Shown: positions 1 to 6,914 of the stretch, one piece after another | Layout of the letters: each line of letters opens with the position of its first letter | Numbering within the stretch: position 1 is the stretch's first letter | Assembly (NCBI GenBank): GCA_963662435.1 | Contig: OY759598.1 | Location: 2,388,507-2,452,506, forward strand | Origin: Dehalococcoidia bacterium | GTDB lineage: Bacteria; Chloroflexota; Dehalococcoidia; Lucifugimonadales; VXLM01 | Reading direction: 5' to 3' | Length of the DNA stretch: 64,000 nucleotides | Translations under genes and position numbers: made by a program | The notes under the pieces: generated by a model | What the model was told of the DNA's origin: nothing | What the model saw: the letters and a program-made list of their open reading frames with translations, nothing else | Database searches by the model: none

Positions 1-458
1 CCCATGTATTCGTCGCGCAGGTCCGCGTGGGCATCGAGATAAAGGACCGACAGATCGGGATGTCTCTCAAGCGCGGCCGATACTCCTCCGAGGGTGACGG
101 TGTGCTCGCCTCCGAAGAGGGCTACCAGCTTGTCCTGAGCCGCGAAGTGGCTCGCAACACGGCGGACGCGCTCGATCATCGCCTCCGGGCCACCGGTGTG
201 CGGCTCTATTTCCTGTGTGGTGTAGATGCCGACGGTCGAGATATCCCGCTGCAACTCGATGTCCCACTCCTCAAGCTGCTTGGAGGCGGTTATTGCGGCA
301 CGGGGCCCGTGTCGCGCTCCAGACTTGAAGGATGTTGTGCTGTCGTAAGGGACGGGTATTGCGACGACGCTTGCGGCGTCAGGAGTCAATGACTGTGGGG
401 TATCGAGAAAAGTTTCCCACGTACGAGGGACGTCGTCGGGCCAGTCGGTGCTAGGCAT
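1..458 (-). CDS. speB: Agmatinase (ureohydrolase family), 3'-truncated by the window edge
   Basis: Not in the ORF track; translated by hand from the ATG at 458, which overlaps the speD stop: MPSTDW...VPYDSTTSFKSGARHGP...LFGGEHTVT...VLYLDAHADLRDEYMG. GGEH and DAHAD are ureohydrolase metal-binding motifs. The frame is open to base 1. Confidence 0.92.
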   Translation of the reverse strand, partial: MPSTDWPDDVPRTWETFLDTPQSLTPDAASVVAIPVPYDSTTSFKSGARHGPRAAITASKQLEEWDIELQRDISTVGIYTTQEIEPHTGGPEAMIERVRRVASHFAAQDKLVALFGGEHTVTLGGVSAALERHPDLSVLYLDAHADLRDEYM

Positions 459-882
459 CTTCGCCGGTGGGGGCGGTCACGAGGTGGAAGCGTTCGCGGA
501 CCATTCCGGCGTAGGCCTCTCGCGGCGTCGCGTGATCGAAGGCGCGTTCCATCGTCCATGTCTTGATCTCCCCCTCGACTCCGAAGGTGGACTTTACGTC
601 ATCGAGCGAAACGGAGACGTCAAAGTCGTTGCAGGAGAATATATCGATATTGACGTAGGCCTTGTCGGGGAAAGTGTGGACGCTAATGTGGCTCTCGGCG
701 ATTATGACGAAACCCGAGACTCCCCAGTCTCGCGGCACCTTACCGGTATAGGCGTAGACCTGGGGTGGGGCGACCTTGGTCATGCCGATGACGTCCGGAT
801 ACTCGTCCAGGAATTGAAAGACGAGTCCCTCGTCGCTGAGCTTAGCGGGGTCGGCCTCATAGCAGTCGATGGCGAGATGCAA
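451..882 (-). CDS. speD: Pyruvoyl-dependent S-adenosylmethionine decarboxylase family proenzyme (possibly an arginine decarboxylase)
   Basis: GVSGFVIIAESHISVHTFP autocleavage motif (E|SH) and DIFSC. Likely start is TTG at 882 after GAGG (MHLAIDCY...), not 948. Confidence 0.85.
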   Translation of the reverse strand: MHLAIDCYEADPAKLSDEGLVFQFLDEYPDVIGMTKVAPPQVYAYTGKVPRDWGVSGFVIIAESHISVHTFPDKAYVNIDIFSCNDFDVSVSLDDVKSTFGVEGEIKTWTMERAFDHATPREAYAGMVRERFHLVTAPTGEDA

Positions 883-962
883 GACGACCTCGGTGTTATC
901 GCATTGGACTTGAGGCCCTAGAATATCACCGACCGAACATCGGGACAATGAGGGAGTGACGA

Positions 963-1000
963 AGCCCCGGACTCGAGGGAGGCTGCACGAGTCCGGGGCT
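963..1000 (-). terminator. Stem-loop downstream of hsp20, probable intrinsic terminator
   Basis: Perfect 13-bp inverted repeat AGCCCCGGACTCG (963-975) / CGAGTCCGGGGCT (988-1000); weak U-tract. Confidence 0.6.
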
Positions 1001-1019
1001 CTTGCGGGATGGGCTCGTC

Positions 1020-1460
1020 CTAGTCCTTTACGGTTATGGGAAGGTCTTTGGCCTTCTTGGACTCCTGCTTGGGAAACGTGATGGTCAGGACGCCGTTCTC
1101 GTAGGAGGTCTCCGCACCTTCGGTATCGACCGTGTCGGGGAGGCGCACGGAGCGCTGGAAGGCGCCGACTCTACGCTCGCGAAGGAAGTAGCGCTCGCTC
1201 TTCTGCTCGGTCTCCTCCGCAGTCTGTCCCTTGATGGTCAGGACGCCGTCTTCAACAGTGGCGTTGATCCGGGAGGGATCGACGCCGGGCAGTGACGCGA
1301 CGACGGTGATGTTGTCGCCTTCCTGCCGAATGTCGATGGGCACAGCCCACACTGGCGTTCGCGTGGGGTTCCCGGACCCGGAATAGTTCCTCCAAAACCG
1401 GTTCATCACGTTGTCCATTCGCCGGAACTCCGCGACTGGATGCAATCTCTGTAGTACCAT
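1020..1460 (-). CDS. Hsp20/alpha-crystallin small heat-shock protein
   Basis: VPIDIRQE...ASLPGVDP...ERRVGAFQRSVRLP...SYENGVLTITFPK motifs; ATG at 1460. Confidence 0.93.
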   Translation of the reverse strand: MVLQRLHPVAEFRRMDNVMNRFWRNYSGSGNPTRTPVWAVPIDIRQEGDNITVVASLPGVDPSRINATVEDGVLTIKGQTAEETEQKSERYFLRERRVGAFQRSVRLPDTVDTEGAETSYENGVLTITFPKQESKKAKDLPITVKD

Positions 1461-1516
1461 TGCCAACACCTCTCAATTTGGATTGTGATTCATACTTGTT
1501 AGTACCGAATCACTTC

Positions 1517-1612
1517 ATTGAGTAGTATAATCTGATGTATACAACTGAGTCAATAGAGTTATAGTGAATACTACATGTATAGTTGAGCGATGCCTATACA
1601 TGTTGTAGTATT
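1517..1612. promoter_or_regulatory. Divergent hsp20/dnaJ promoter region with a candidate sigma70 promoter and degenerate HspR (HAIR)-like half-sites
   Basis: AT-rich. Minus-strand TTGACT-N18-TATACT (1553-1524). TGAG(T/C) half-sites ATTGAGT (1517), ACTGAGT (1544) and GTTGAGC (1582) only partly match CTTGAGT-N7-ACTCAAG. Imperfect palindrome AATACTACATGTATAG...CTATACATGTTGTAGTATT (1567-1612). Confidence 0.45.
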
Positions 1613-1762
1613 GCTGAGAGAGGCTGAGGCGAATATCAGCGATGAATATCGCTAATATTACTCGGGAGACCACAAAGATCGCTCCCAAGATGAAAATTCA
1701 GAAGTCACCAGCGGCAAGAGGCTGTTGAGGCGAGTTCGAGTAGGCCAACAGGGACGAAAGTA

Positions 1763-2653
1763 ATGACCACACGAAAGACAACGAGCTACTACGACGTTCT
1801 GGGCGTGGACAAGAGTGCTACGGAGAAGGATATTCGCCAGGCGTTTCGGCGGCTCGCGCGCAAATATCATCCCGACTTGAATCCGGACGACAAGCAGGCC
1901 GAGGCCAAGTTCAAGGAGATCAACGAGGCCAACGAGGTGTTGTCCGACGAGGAGAGTCGCAAGAAGTACGACAAGTACGGGGACGACTGGAGGCGGGCAG
2001 AGGAGTTCGAGTCGCGATACGCCGGTTCGAGCGGACGCAGGGCGCATACGTGGACGAACTACGACGGGTTCGAGTCCGACGACCTGTTCGGCGGCTTCGA
2101 GGACCTCTTTCGGAAATCTCAGCGTAGCCGAAGGGAACCGACGACGCGCCCACAGCGCTTGGAGCTCGACATCGAGGTTACCCTGGAAGAGGCGTATCTT
2201 GGGTCGAAGAGGACGGTGACGATCACTCACAGCGGGCGTGAGCGCCGGATAGAGGTCGACATTCCGGCGGGAGTGGACACCGGTTCTGTGGTCAAGGTGA
2301 GACCGGCGGAGAATCAGGACCTCCGACTGAATATGGTCGTGGAACCTCACCCCTATTTCCAGCGACTAGGCGATGATCTGTACTTGGACGTTCCGGTGCC
2401 GCTCGATGATGCGGCGCTGGGCGCGGAGGTCGAGATTCCCACCATTACTGGGCAGGTCCAACTGAAGATTCCCGCGGGGAGCCGGAACGGTCAGAGAATT
2501 CGCCTCAAGGGCAAGGGTATGCCGAAGCTGGGATTGCCCGATACCAAGGGTGATCTGTTCGTGGTAGTCCGGCCAATGATGCCCGAACCCATGCGGGACG
2601 AAGAGCGGGAGATCTTTGAGCGACTGCGGGCTCTCCGTATGGAAAGGGGGTAA
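1763..2653 (+). CDS. DnaJ-class co-chaperone (CbpA-like: J domain + DnaJ C-terminal domain, no Zn finger)
   Basis: YYDVLGV...ARKYHPDLN (HPD motif), C-terminal RLKGKGMP...GDLFV. Confidence 0.92.
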   Translation: MTTRKTTSYYDVLGVDKSATEKDIRQAFRRLARKYHPDLNPDDKQAEAKFKEINEANEVLSDEESRKKYDKYGDDWRRAEEFESRYAGSSGRRAHTWTNYDGFESDDLFGGFEDLFRKSQRSRREPTTRPQRLELDIEVTLEEAYLGSKRTVTITHSGRERRIEVDIPAGVDTGSVVKVRPAENQDLRLNMVVEPHPYFQRLGDDLYLDVPVPLDDAALGAEVEIPTITGQVQLKIPAGSRNGQRIRLKGKGMPKLGLPDTKGDLFVVVRPMMPEPMRDEEREIFERLRALRMERG

Positions 2654-2656
2654 TCG

Positions 2657-3004
2657 ATGACCATTGAAGAGATGGTCGGTTACGACGAGCCGTGCTTTGT
2701 GATTAGCGTGGCGGCGCGCATCGTGGGGGTCAGGACGCAGACGCTTCGCTACTACGAGCGCATCGGCCTCGTACAGCCCCGACGCACATCGGGAAATCAG
2801 CGAATGTACTCGCGGCGCGAGGTGGAACGAGTGCAGCGGATACGCGGACTCATCAATGACCTGGGGGTCAATCTGGCCGGAGTCGAGGTGGTTATCAAGC
2901 TCCTGAACCGGCTTGAGCAGGCCGAGGAAGAGAAGGACGAACTGCGAGGGATGATACGGGTGCTCGAGCAGCGTCTACGGGCGGCGAGCCGGCAGGTAGT
3001 CTAG
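2657..3004 (+). CDS. hspR: MerR-family heat-shock repressor HspR
   Basis: FVISVAARIVG..QTLRYYERIGLV.P.RTSGNQRMYS...DLGVNLAGV; directly after the dnaJ-like gene. Confidence 0.88.
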   Translation: MTIEEMVGYDEPCFVISVAARIVGVRTQTLRYYERIGLVQPRRTSGNQRMYSRREVERVQRIRGLINDLGVNLAGVEVVIKLLNRLEQAEEEKDELRGMIRVLEQRLRAASRQVV

Positions 3005-3092
3005 ATGGACCATCCAACTCTGAGCATGCGTTTTCAAGGTTCTGTGGATTCGACGTCCGTCAGCCCATATAATTGAACGACTTAACGACCGA

Positions 3093-4133
3093 ATGGAGTG
3101 CGAAATGACTGCAGCCATCCCCAGCCTATTGCCCACAACCGTCATCGGGAGCCACGCCTACCCTGGCTGGATGTGGACGGCTTTGGACGAGATCGAGAAG
3201 GGTGGATACGGCATCACCGACGAGCGTGAACTGTACGACGACGCCGTGAATATGGCGATGCTTGACCAGGAGAAGGCGGGGGTCGACATAATCTCTGATG
3301 GAGAGATGCGGCGCTGGTACTTCGTGCAGAGCTTCTATAAGCGGATAGCGGGAATAGAGCAGGAGCCTGAACTTCGAAAGGTTGGGCTCTACGGCTACGA
3401 CTCTCCGCCCCGTTACAAGGCTGTTGATAAGCTCGGCGTACCGGATGGGCTGGGCATCGTGGAAGAATATCGCTACGCCCGGGCGAACACGACCAAGCCG
3501 ATCAAGGTGACTTGCCCCGGACCGCTTACGCTGACGATTCATATTCGGCCCGGTGACGCTTACAAAGACCGGGTTGAGATGTCCTGGGAATTCGCCAAGG
3601 CGATCAATAGGGAACTCAAGGCTTTGGTGGAGGAAGGGGTCGACTACATCCAGCTCGACGAGCCGTCGTTCGCGGTCATACCGGGTCAACTCGATAACTG
3701 GGTGGACTTGTACAACGCGGCGGTAGAGGGAGTGAATGCCAGGCTTGCATTGCACGTCTGCTTTGGAAATCTCACCAGCAGGCCACGTGGCAAGCGCTCG
3801 TTTGCCTGGATGTTCCCCAAGGTGCAGGAGTGCCGGTATGACGAACTGGTGCTGGAGTACGCGAACCGGGAGATGAGCGAGATCGAACATTGGAAGGACT
3901 GGGTCGGCGATAAGAAGCTTGGCATTGGGGTCATCGACGTGAAGTCGTTCTATGTCGAAAGCCCCGAGGACGTGGCGGAGCGTATTCGGCTCGCGATGCA
4001 GTACGGACCTGCTGAGCAGTTGATGGTCAATCCGGACTGCGGTTTCTTCCAGCTTCCTCGCTGGATTACGCGGCTCAAGCTGGAGTCGATGGTGGCAGGA
4101 GCGAAAATCGTGCGCGGCGAGTTGGGACAGTAG
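3093..4133 (+). CDS. Cobalamin-independent methionine synthase II family protein (single-barrel 'core' MetE-like)
   Basis: TTVIGS, SDGEMRR, GPLTL, IQLDEP, Zn ligands HVC...E...PDCG; 346 aa with no N-terminal barrel. Confidence 0.85.
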   Translation: MECEMTAAIPSLLPTTVIGSHAYPGWMWTALDEIEKGGYGITDERELYDDAVNMAMLDQEKAGVDIISDGEMRRWYFVQSFYKRIAGIEQEPELRKVGLYGYDSPPRYKAVDKLGVPDGLGIVEEYRYARANTTKPIKVTCPGPLTLTIHIRPGDAYKDRVEMSWEFAKAINRELKALVEEGVDYIQLDEPSFAVIPGQLDNWVDLYNAAVEGVNARLALHVCFGNLTSRPRGKRSFAWMFPKVQECRYDELVLEYANREMSEIEHWKDWVGDKKLGIGVIDVKSFYVESPEDVAERIRLAMQYGPAEQLMVNPDCGFFQLPRWITRLKLESMVAGAKIVRGELGQ

Positions 4134-4144
4134 AGTACTTGCCG

Positions 4145-4429
4145 ATGCTACAGGTCACCGACGCGGCAAGGGGCGAACTCAGGACTATCCTGGAGTCAAG
4201 GAGCCTCCCGGAAGGACGGTTTTTGAAGCTGGCGGTCAAGCCGGAATGGACGGGGCCCGGTGACTTTGGAGTGGTCATCGATATGGAAAAGGGCGGCGAG
4301 ATCTTCTTCGAGCACGATGGAACCATCGTGCTCGCAATCGACCCGGGACTCGCCGAGAATCTTGAAAGCTCGGTATTCGATTTCAAGCAGACGCCCCAGG
4401 GAGCGGGCTTCACGCTGGACGTATATTAG
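4145..4429 (+). CDS. HesB/IscA-fold-like small protein without cysteines
   Basis: MLQVTDAA...FLKLAV...FEHDG.IVLAID...FDF pattern resembles A-type carrier-like proteins, but there is no Cys. Confidence 0.55.
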   Translation: MLQVTDAARGELRTILESRSLPEGRFLKLAVKPEWTGPGDFGVVIDMEKGGEIFFEHDGTIVLAIDPGLAENLESSVFDFKQTPQGAGFTLDVY

Positions 4430-4528
4430 GCCGTTCGGGGAGTGGCAAGGATGACAAGCTCGTGCGGTGAACTGAACGATCCTTACATTGACGCAGCCTC
4501 CACTCTGCGTCACCTCCGGGATCGATAG

Positions 4529-5350
4529 TTGCGCAACTCCGATGTGACAGTCAGGTCGTCCGAAGCTCGGTATCTGTCCGGTGTGGAAGACATCGTTCAG
4601 TCTTTTGTCAGGACCCCGCTCTGGATTACTCTCGGCTGGTACGACTTCGAATTACAGTACCGTCGAGCATTCATCGGACCGCTGTGGGAAGTCATTATTG
4701 TAGGAGTGTGGGTAGCTGGGCTTGGCCTCCTATTCGGCCGCCTACTTGGCCACGATCAGGGTGATTACCTGGTATATATGGGGGCGGGCGTGGTGCTTTG
4801 GCAGTACGTGTCGAATACGCTCACGACAGGAGCGAACGTATTCGTCGTCAATGCCCGGCAGATTGTTTCGATCAATAACCCGCTCTATACCTACGTACTA
4901 CGGAATGTTGTTGAGCACCTCGTCAAGTTGGGCATCCATTCGCTGGTGTTCATTGCAGTCATGGCTATCACGCAGACTCCCATTGAGCCGATGATCCTTC
5001 TCGCGCTCCCGGGACTGGTGACCCTAGCTGTCACCACCTTGTGGGCAGTGCCACTATTGGGTTTCATCGGGACGAGGTTTCGAGATTTCACGCATCTGCT
5101 GCGCGCGGTGATGAGGTTTCTATTCTTCGCCACCCCGGTGTTCTGGTATGCCGACGGCCTGAACGACCGGGCCTATCTGGCGAACTACAATCCATTCACG
5201 CACTTCCTCGAGATCGTGAGGGCGCCGCTGACCGGTGAGACAGCCTCCCTTACCTCGTGGGGGGTCGTCTTGGCAATTAACGTCGTCGGCATCGCGATCA
5301 TGTTCGCGACGTACAGTCGGCTGCGCAGATCACTCACGCTCTGGATCTGA
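4529..5350 (+). CDS. wzm: ABC-2 polysaccharide exporter permease (Wzm/KpsM type)
   Basis: YRRAFIGPLW, RFRDF, FFATPVFW, NPFTHFLEIVRAPL motifs; about six TM segments. Confidence 0.9.
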   Translation: MRNSDVTVRSSEARYLSGVEDIVQSFVRTPLWITLGWYDFELQYRRAFIGPLWEVIIVGVWVAGLGLLFGRLLGHDQGDYLVYMGAGVVLWQYVSNTLTTGANVFVVNARQIVSINNPLYTYVLRNVVEHLVKLGIHSLVFIAVMAITQTPIEPMILLALPGLVTLAVTTLWAVPLLGFIGTRFRDFTHLLRAVMRFLFFATPVFWYADGLNDRAYLANYNPFTHFLEIVRAPLTGETASLTSWGVVLAINVVGIAIMFATYSRLRRSLTLWI

Positions 5351-5353
5351 TCA

Positions 5354-6892
5354 ATGGATAGCGACTACGCCATCAGTTTGCAGGACGTGACGCTGGAGAT
5401 TCCGGCGCGGCGACGAATTTCGCATCGCGCAAAAAGGGAGACGAGTGCGTCTCAGGTTTCTCCTACCCAAATCGGAGGGAGGCTGAGCTTCGGTCGCGGA
5501 TCTTCCACCACCGTTACCATCCTGGACGGCGTGAACATCGCCATTTCAAGGGGACAGCGCGTCGGCCTGATCGGGGCCAATGGAGCCGGCAAGAGCACTC
5601 TCTTGAGGGTGATGGCAGGAATCTACCACCCTACGCGCGGAGTGGCGGAGACCCGGGGAACGATATCCACCCTGTTCCCAGAACTCATGGGTGTCCGACC
5701 CGACGCCACCGGACTGGAGAATATTCTTCTCACCGGCGTCCTTCTTGGTCTGACGAAGAAGGAGATCAGCAGAAGAATACCGGAGATCATCGAGTTTACT
5801 GAGCTTGGCGACTACATCTATATGCCGATTCGGACGTACTCTACGGGTATGCGCACTCGGCTGGTTCTGTCGATCGCGACTTGTATTCGTCCTGACATAC
5901 TACTGGTTGACGAAGTGATCGGCGTTGGGGACAAGAGCTTTCGGCTCAAGGCCAAGGACCGTCTCAACGAGATGATGACCTCAGCCAACACGCTGGTGGT
6001 TGTTTCACAGTCGCCAGAGATTATTCGCGAATTCTGTACCGAGGCGATCTGGCTGGAGCGGGGCCAAGTGAGGACCGTGGGCGACGTGGACGAAGTGCTT
6101 CGTGCGTATGTCGCGCATGCTGCCGGTACCAACGCGGGAATGGCCTCAGACTCCGAGGCCTTACTGGCTATCCGAGACAGGCTAGCCGGGGACGGCAGCC
6201 TGAACTGGTCGGCGGACGTACCGATTACAAGTTGGGATGGGGTGACGGTCGGGGGTAACCCAACTCGGGTGACCCGGCTGATACTTCGCGATAGTCAACT
6301 GAGGGGGTCGCTTCCACGGGAGTTGGGGAACCTTGCCGAGCTTTCCCACCTGGACCTTCGAAACAATCGATTGAATGGAGAGATTCCAGCGGAACTGGGA
6401 AGACTTTCAAAGTTGGTGATACTTGACCTCCATGGCAACGACTTGGAAGGTCCAATCCCTCCGGAACTGGGCGAGTTATCAGACCTAAAGGTTCTCAACC
6501 TCCACAGCAACAGGTTGAGTGGTCCCGTCACCTTGGAACTCTGTCAGATTGCATCTCTGGAAGGGTTATATCTTCACAACAATCGATTGAGCGGTACAAT
6601 ACCGGGTGAACTGGGTAAACTCAGAATCCTGGACAATCTGTGGCTCTCCAACAACCGGCTGAGTGGGGAAGTGCCCGCCGAACTTGGCAATTTAACTGAC
6701 CTTACCAAGCTAAGCCTCCACGGCAACCAGTTGAGTGGAGCCCTACCGTCCGAGCTGGGAAACCTTGGCGAAAGCCTCCAATTCTACCGACTCGGCGGAA
6801 ACAACTTTGTCGGGTGTCTTCCGACGGGGCTCGCATCCGTAGCGGACACGGACCTACGCCAACTCGATTTGCCGGTATGCTCAGACAATTGA
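5354..6892 (+). CDS. wzt: Polysaccharide ABC exporter ATPase (Wzt) fused to a C-terminal plant-type LRR domain
   Basis: Walker A GANGAGKST, signature YSTGMRTRL, Walker B ILLVDE. After ~aa 265: an N-cap, eight 24-aa LxxLxLxxNxLxGxIPxELGxL repeats and a GCLP...C C-cap, all in one uninterrupted frame. Confidence 0.9.
   Translation: MDSDYAISLQDVTLEIPARRRISHRAKRETSASQVSPTQIGGRLSFGRGSSTTVTILDGVNIAISRGQRVGLIGANGAGKSTLLRVMAGIYHPTRGVAETRGTISTLFPELMGVRPDATGLENILLTGVLLGLTKKEISRRIPEIIEFTELGDYIYMPIRTYSTGMRTRLVLSIATCIRPDILLVDEVIGVGDKSFRLKAKDRLNEMMTSANTLVVVSQSPEIIREFCTEAIWLERGQVRTVGDVDEVLRAYVAHAAGTNAGMASDSEALLAIRDRLAGDGSLNWSADVPITSWDGVTVGGNPTRVTRLILRDSQLRGSLPRELGNLAELSHLDLRNNRLNGEIPAELGRLSKLVILDLHGNDLEGPIPPELGELSDLKVLNLHSNRLSGPVTLELCQIASLEGLYLHNNRLSGTIPGELGKLRILDNLWLSNNRLSGEVPAELGNLTDLTKLSLHGNQLSGALPSELGNLGESLQFYRLGGNNFVGCLPTGLASVADTDLRQLDLPVCSDN
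6146..6889 (+). repeat. LRR module (72-bp unit) inside wzt
   Basis: Units such as LSHLDLRNNRLNGEIPAELGRLSK and LDNLWLSNNRLSGEVPAELGNLTD. Confidence 0.9.
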
Positions 6893-6914
6893 CTGGAAGC
6901 ATAGTCAAGCAAGC

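Noticed and set aside
27..921. ORF-track entries 27..392(+), 67..267(-) and 448..921(+)
   Set aside because: Shadow or wrong-frame ORFs over the speB and speD-like genes on the minus strand.
1517..1602. Perfect HAIR or CIRCE operator
   Set aside because: Only half-site matches were found, so it is reported as a low-confidence regulatory region.
3005..3092. SAM or cobalamin riboswitch upstream of the MetE-like gene (and upstream of speD)
   Set aside because: The spacers are short and show no recognisable aptamer core; only a TATAAT was seen near 3068.
4489..4512. TGACGCAG-N8-CTGCGTCA palindrome upstream of wzm
   Set aside because: A single short palindrome with no second copy or cognate regulator in the window; it cannot be supported as an operator.
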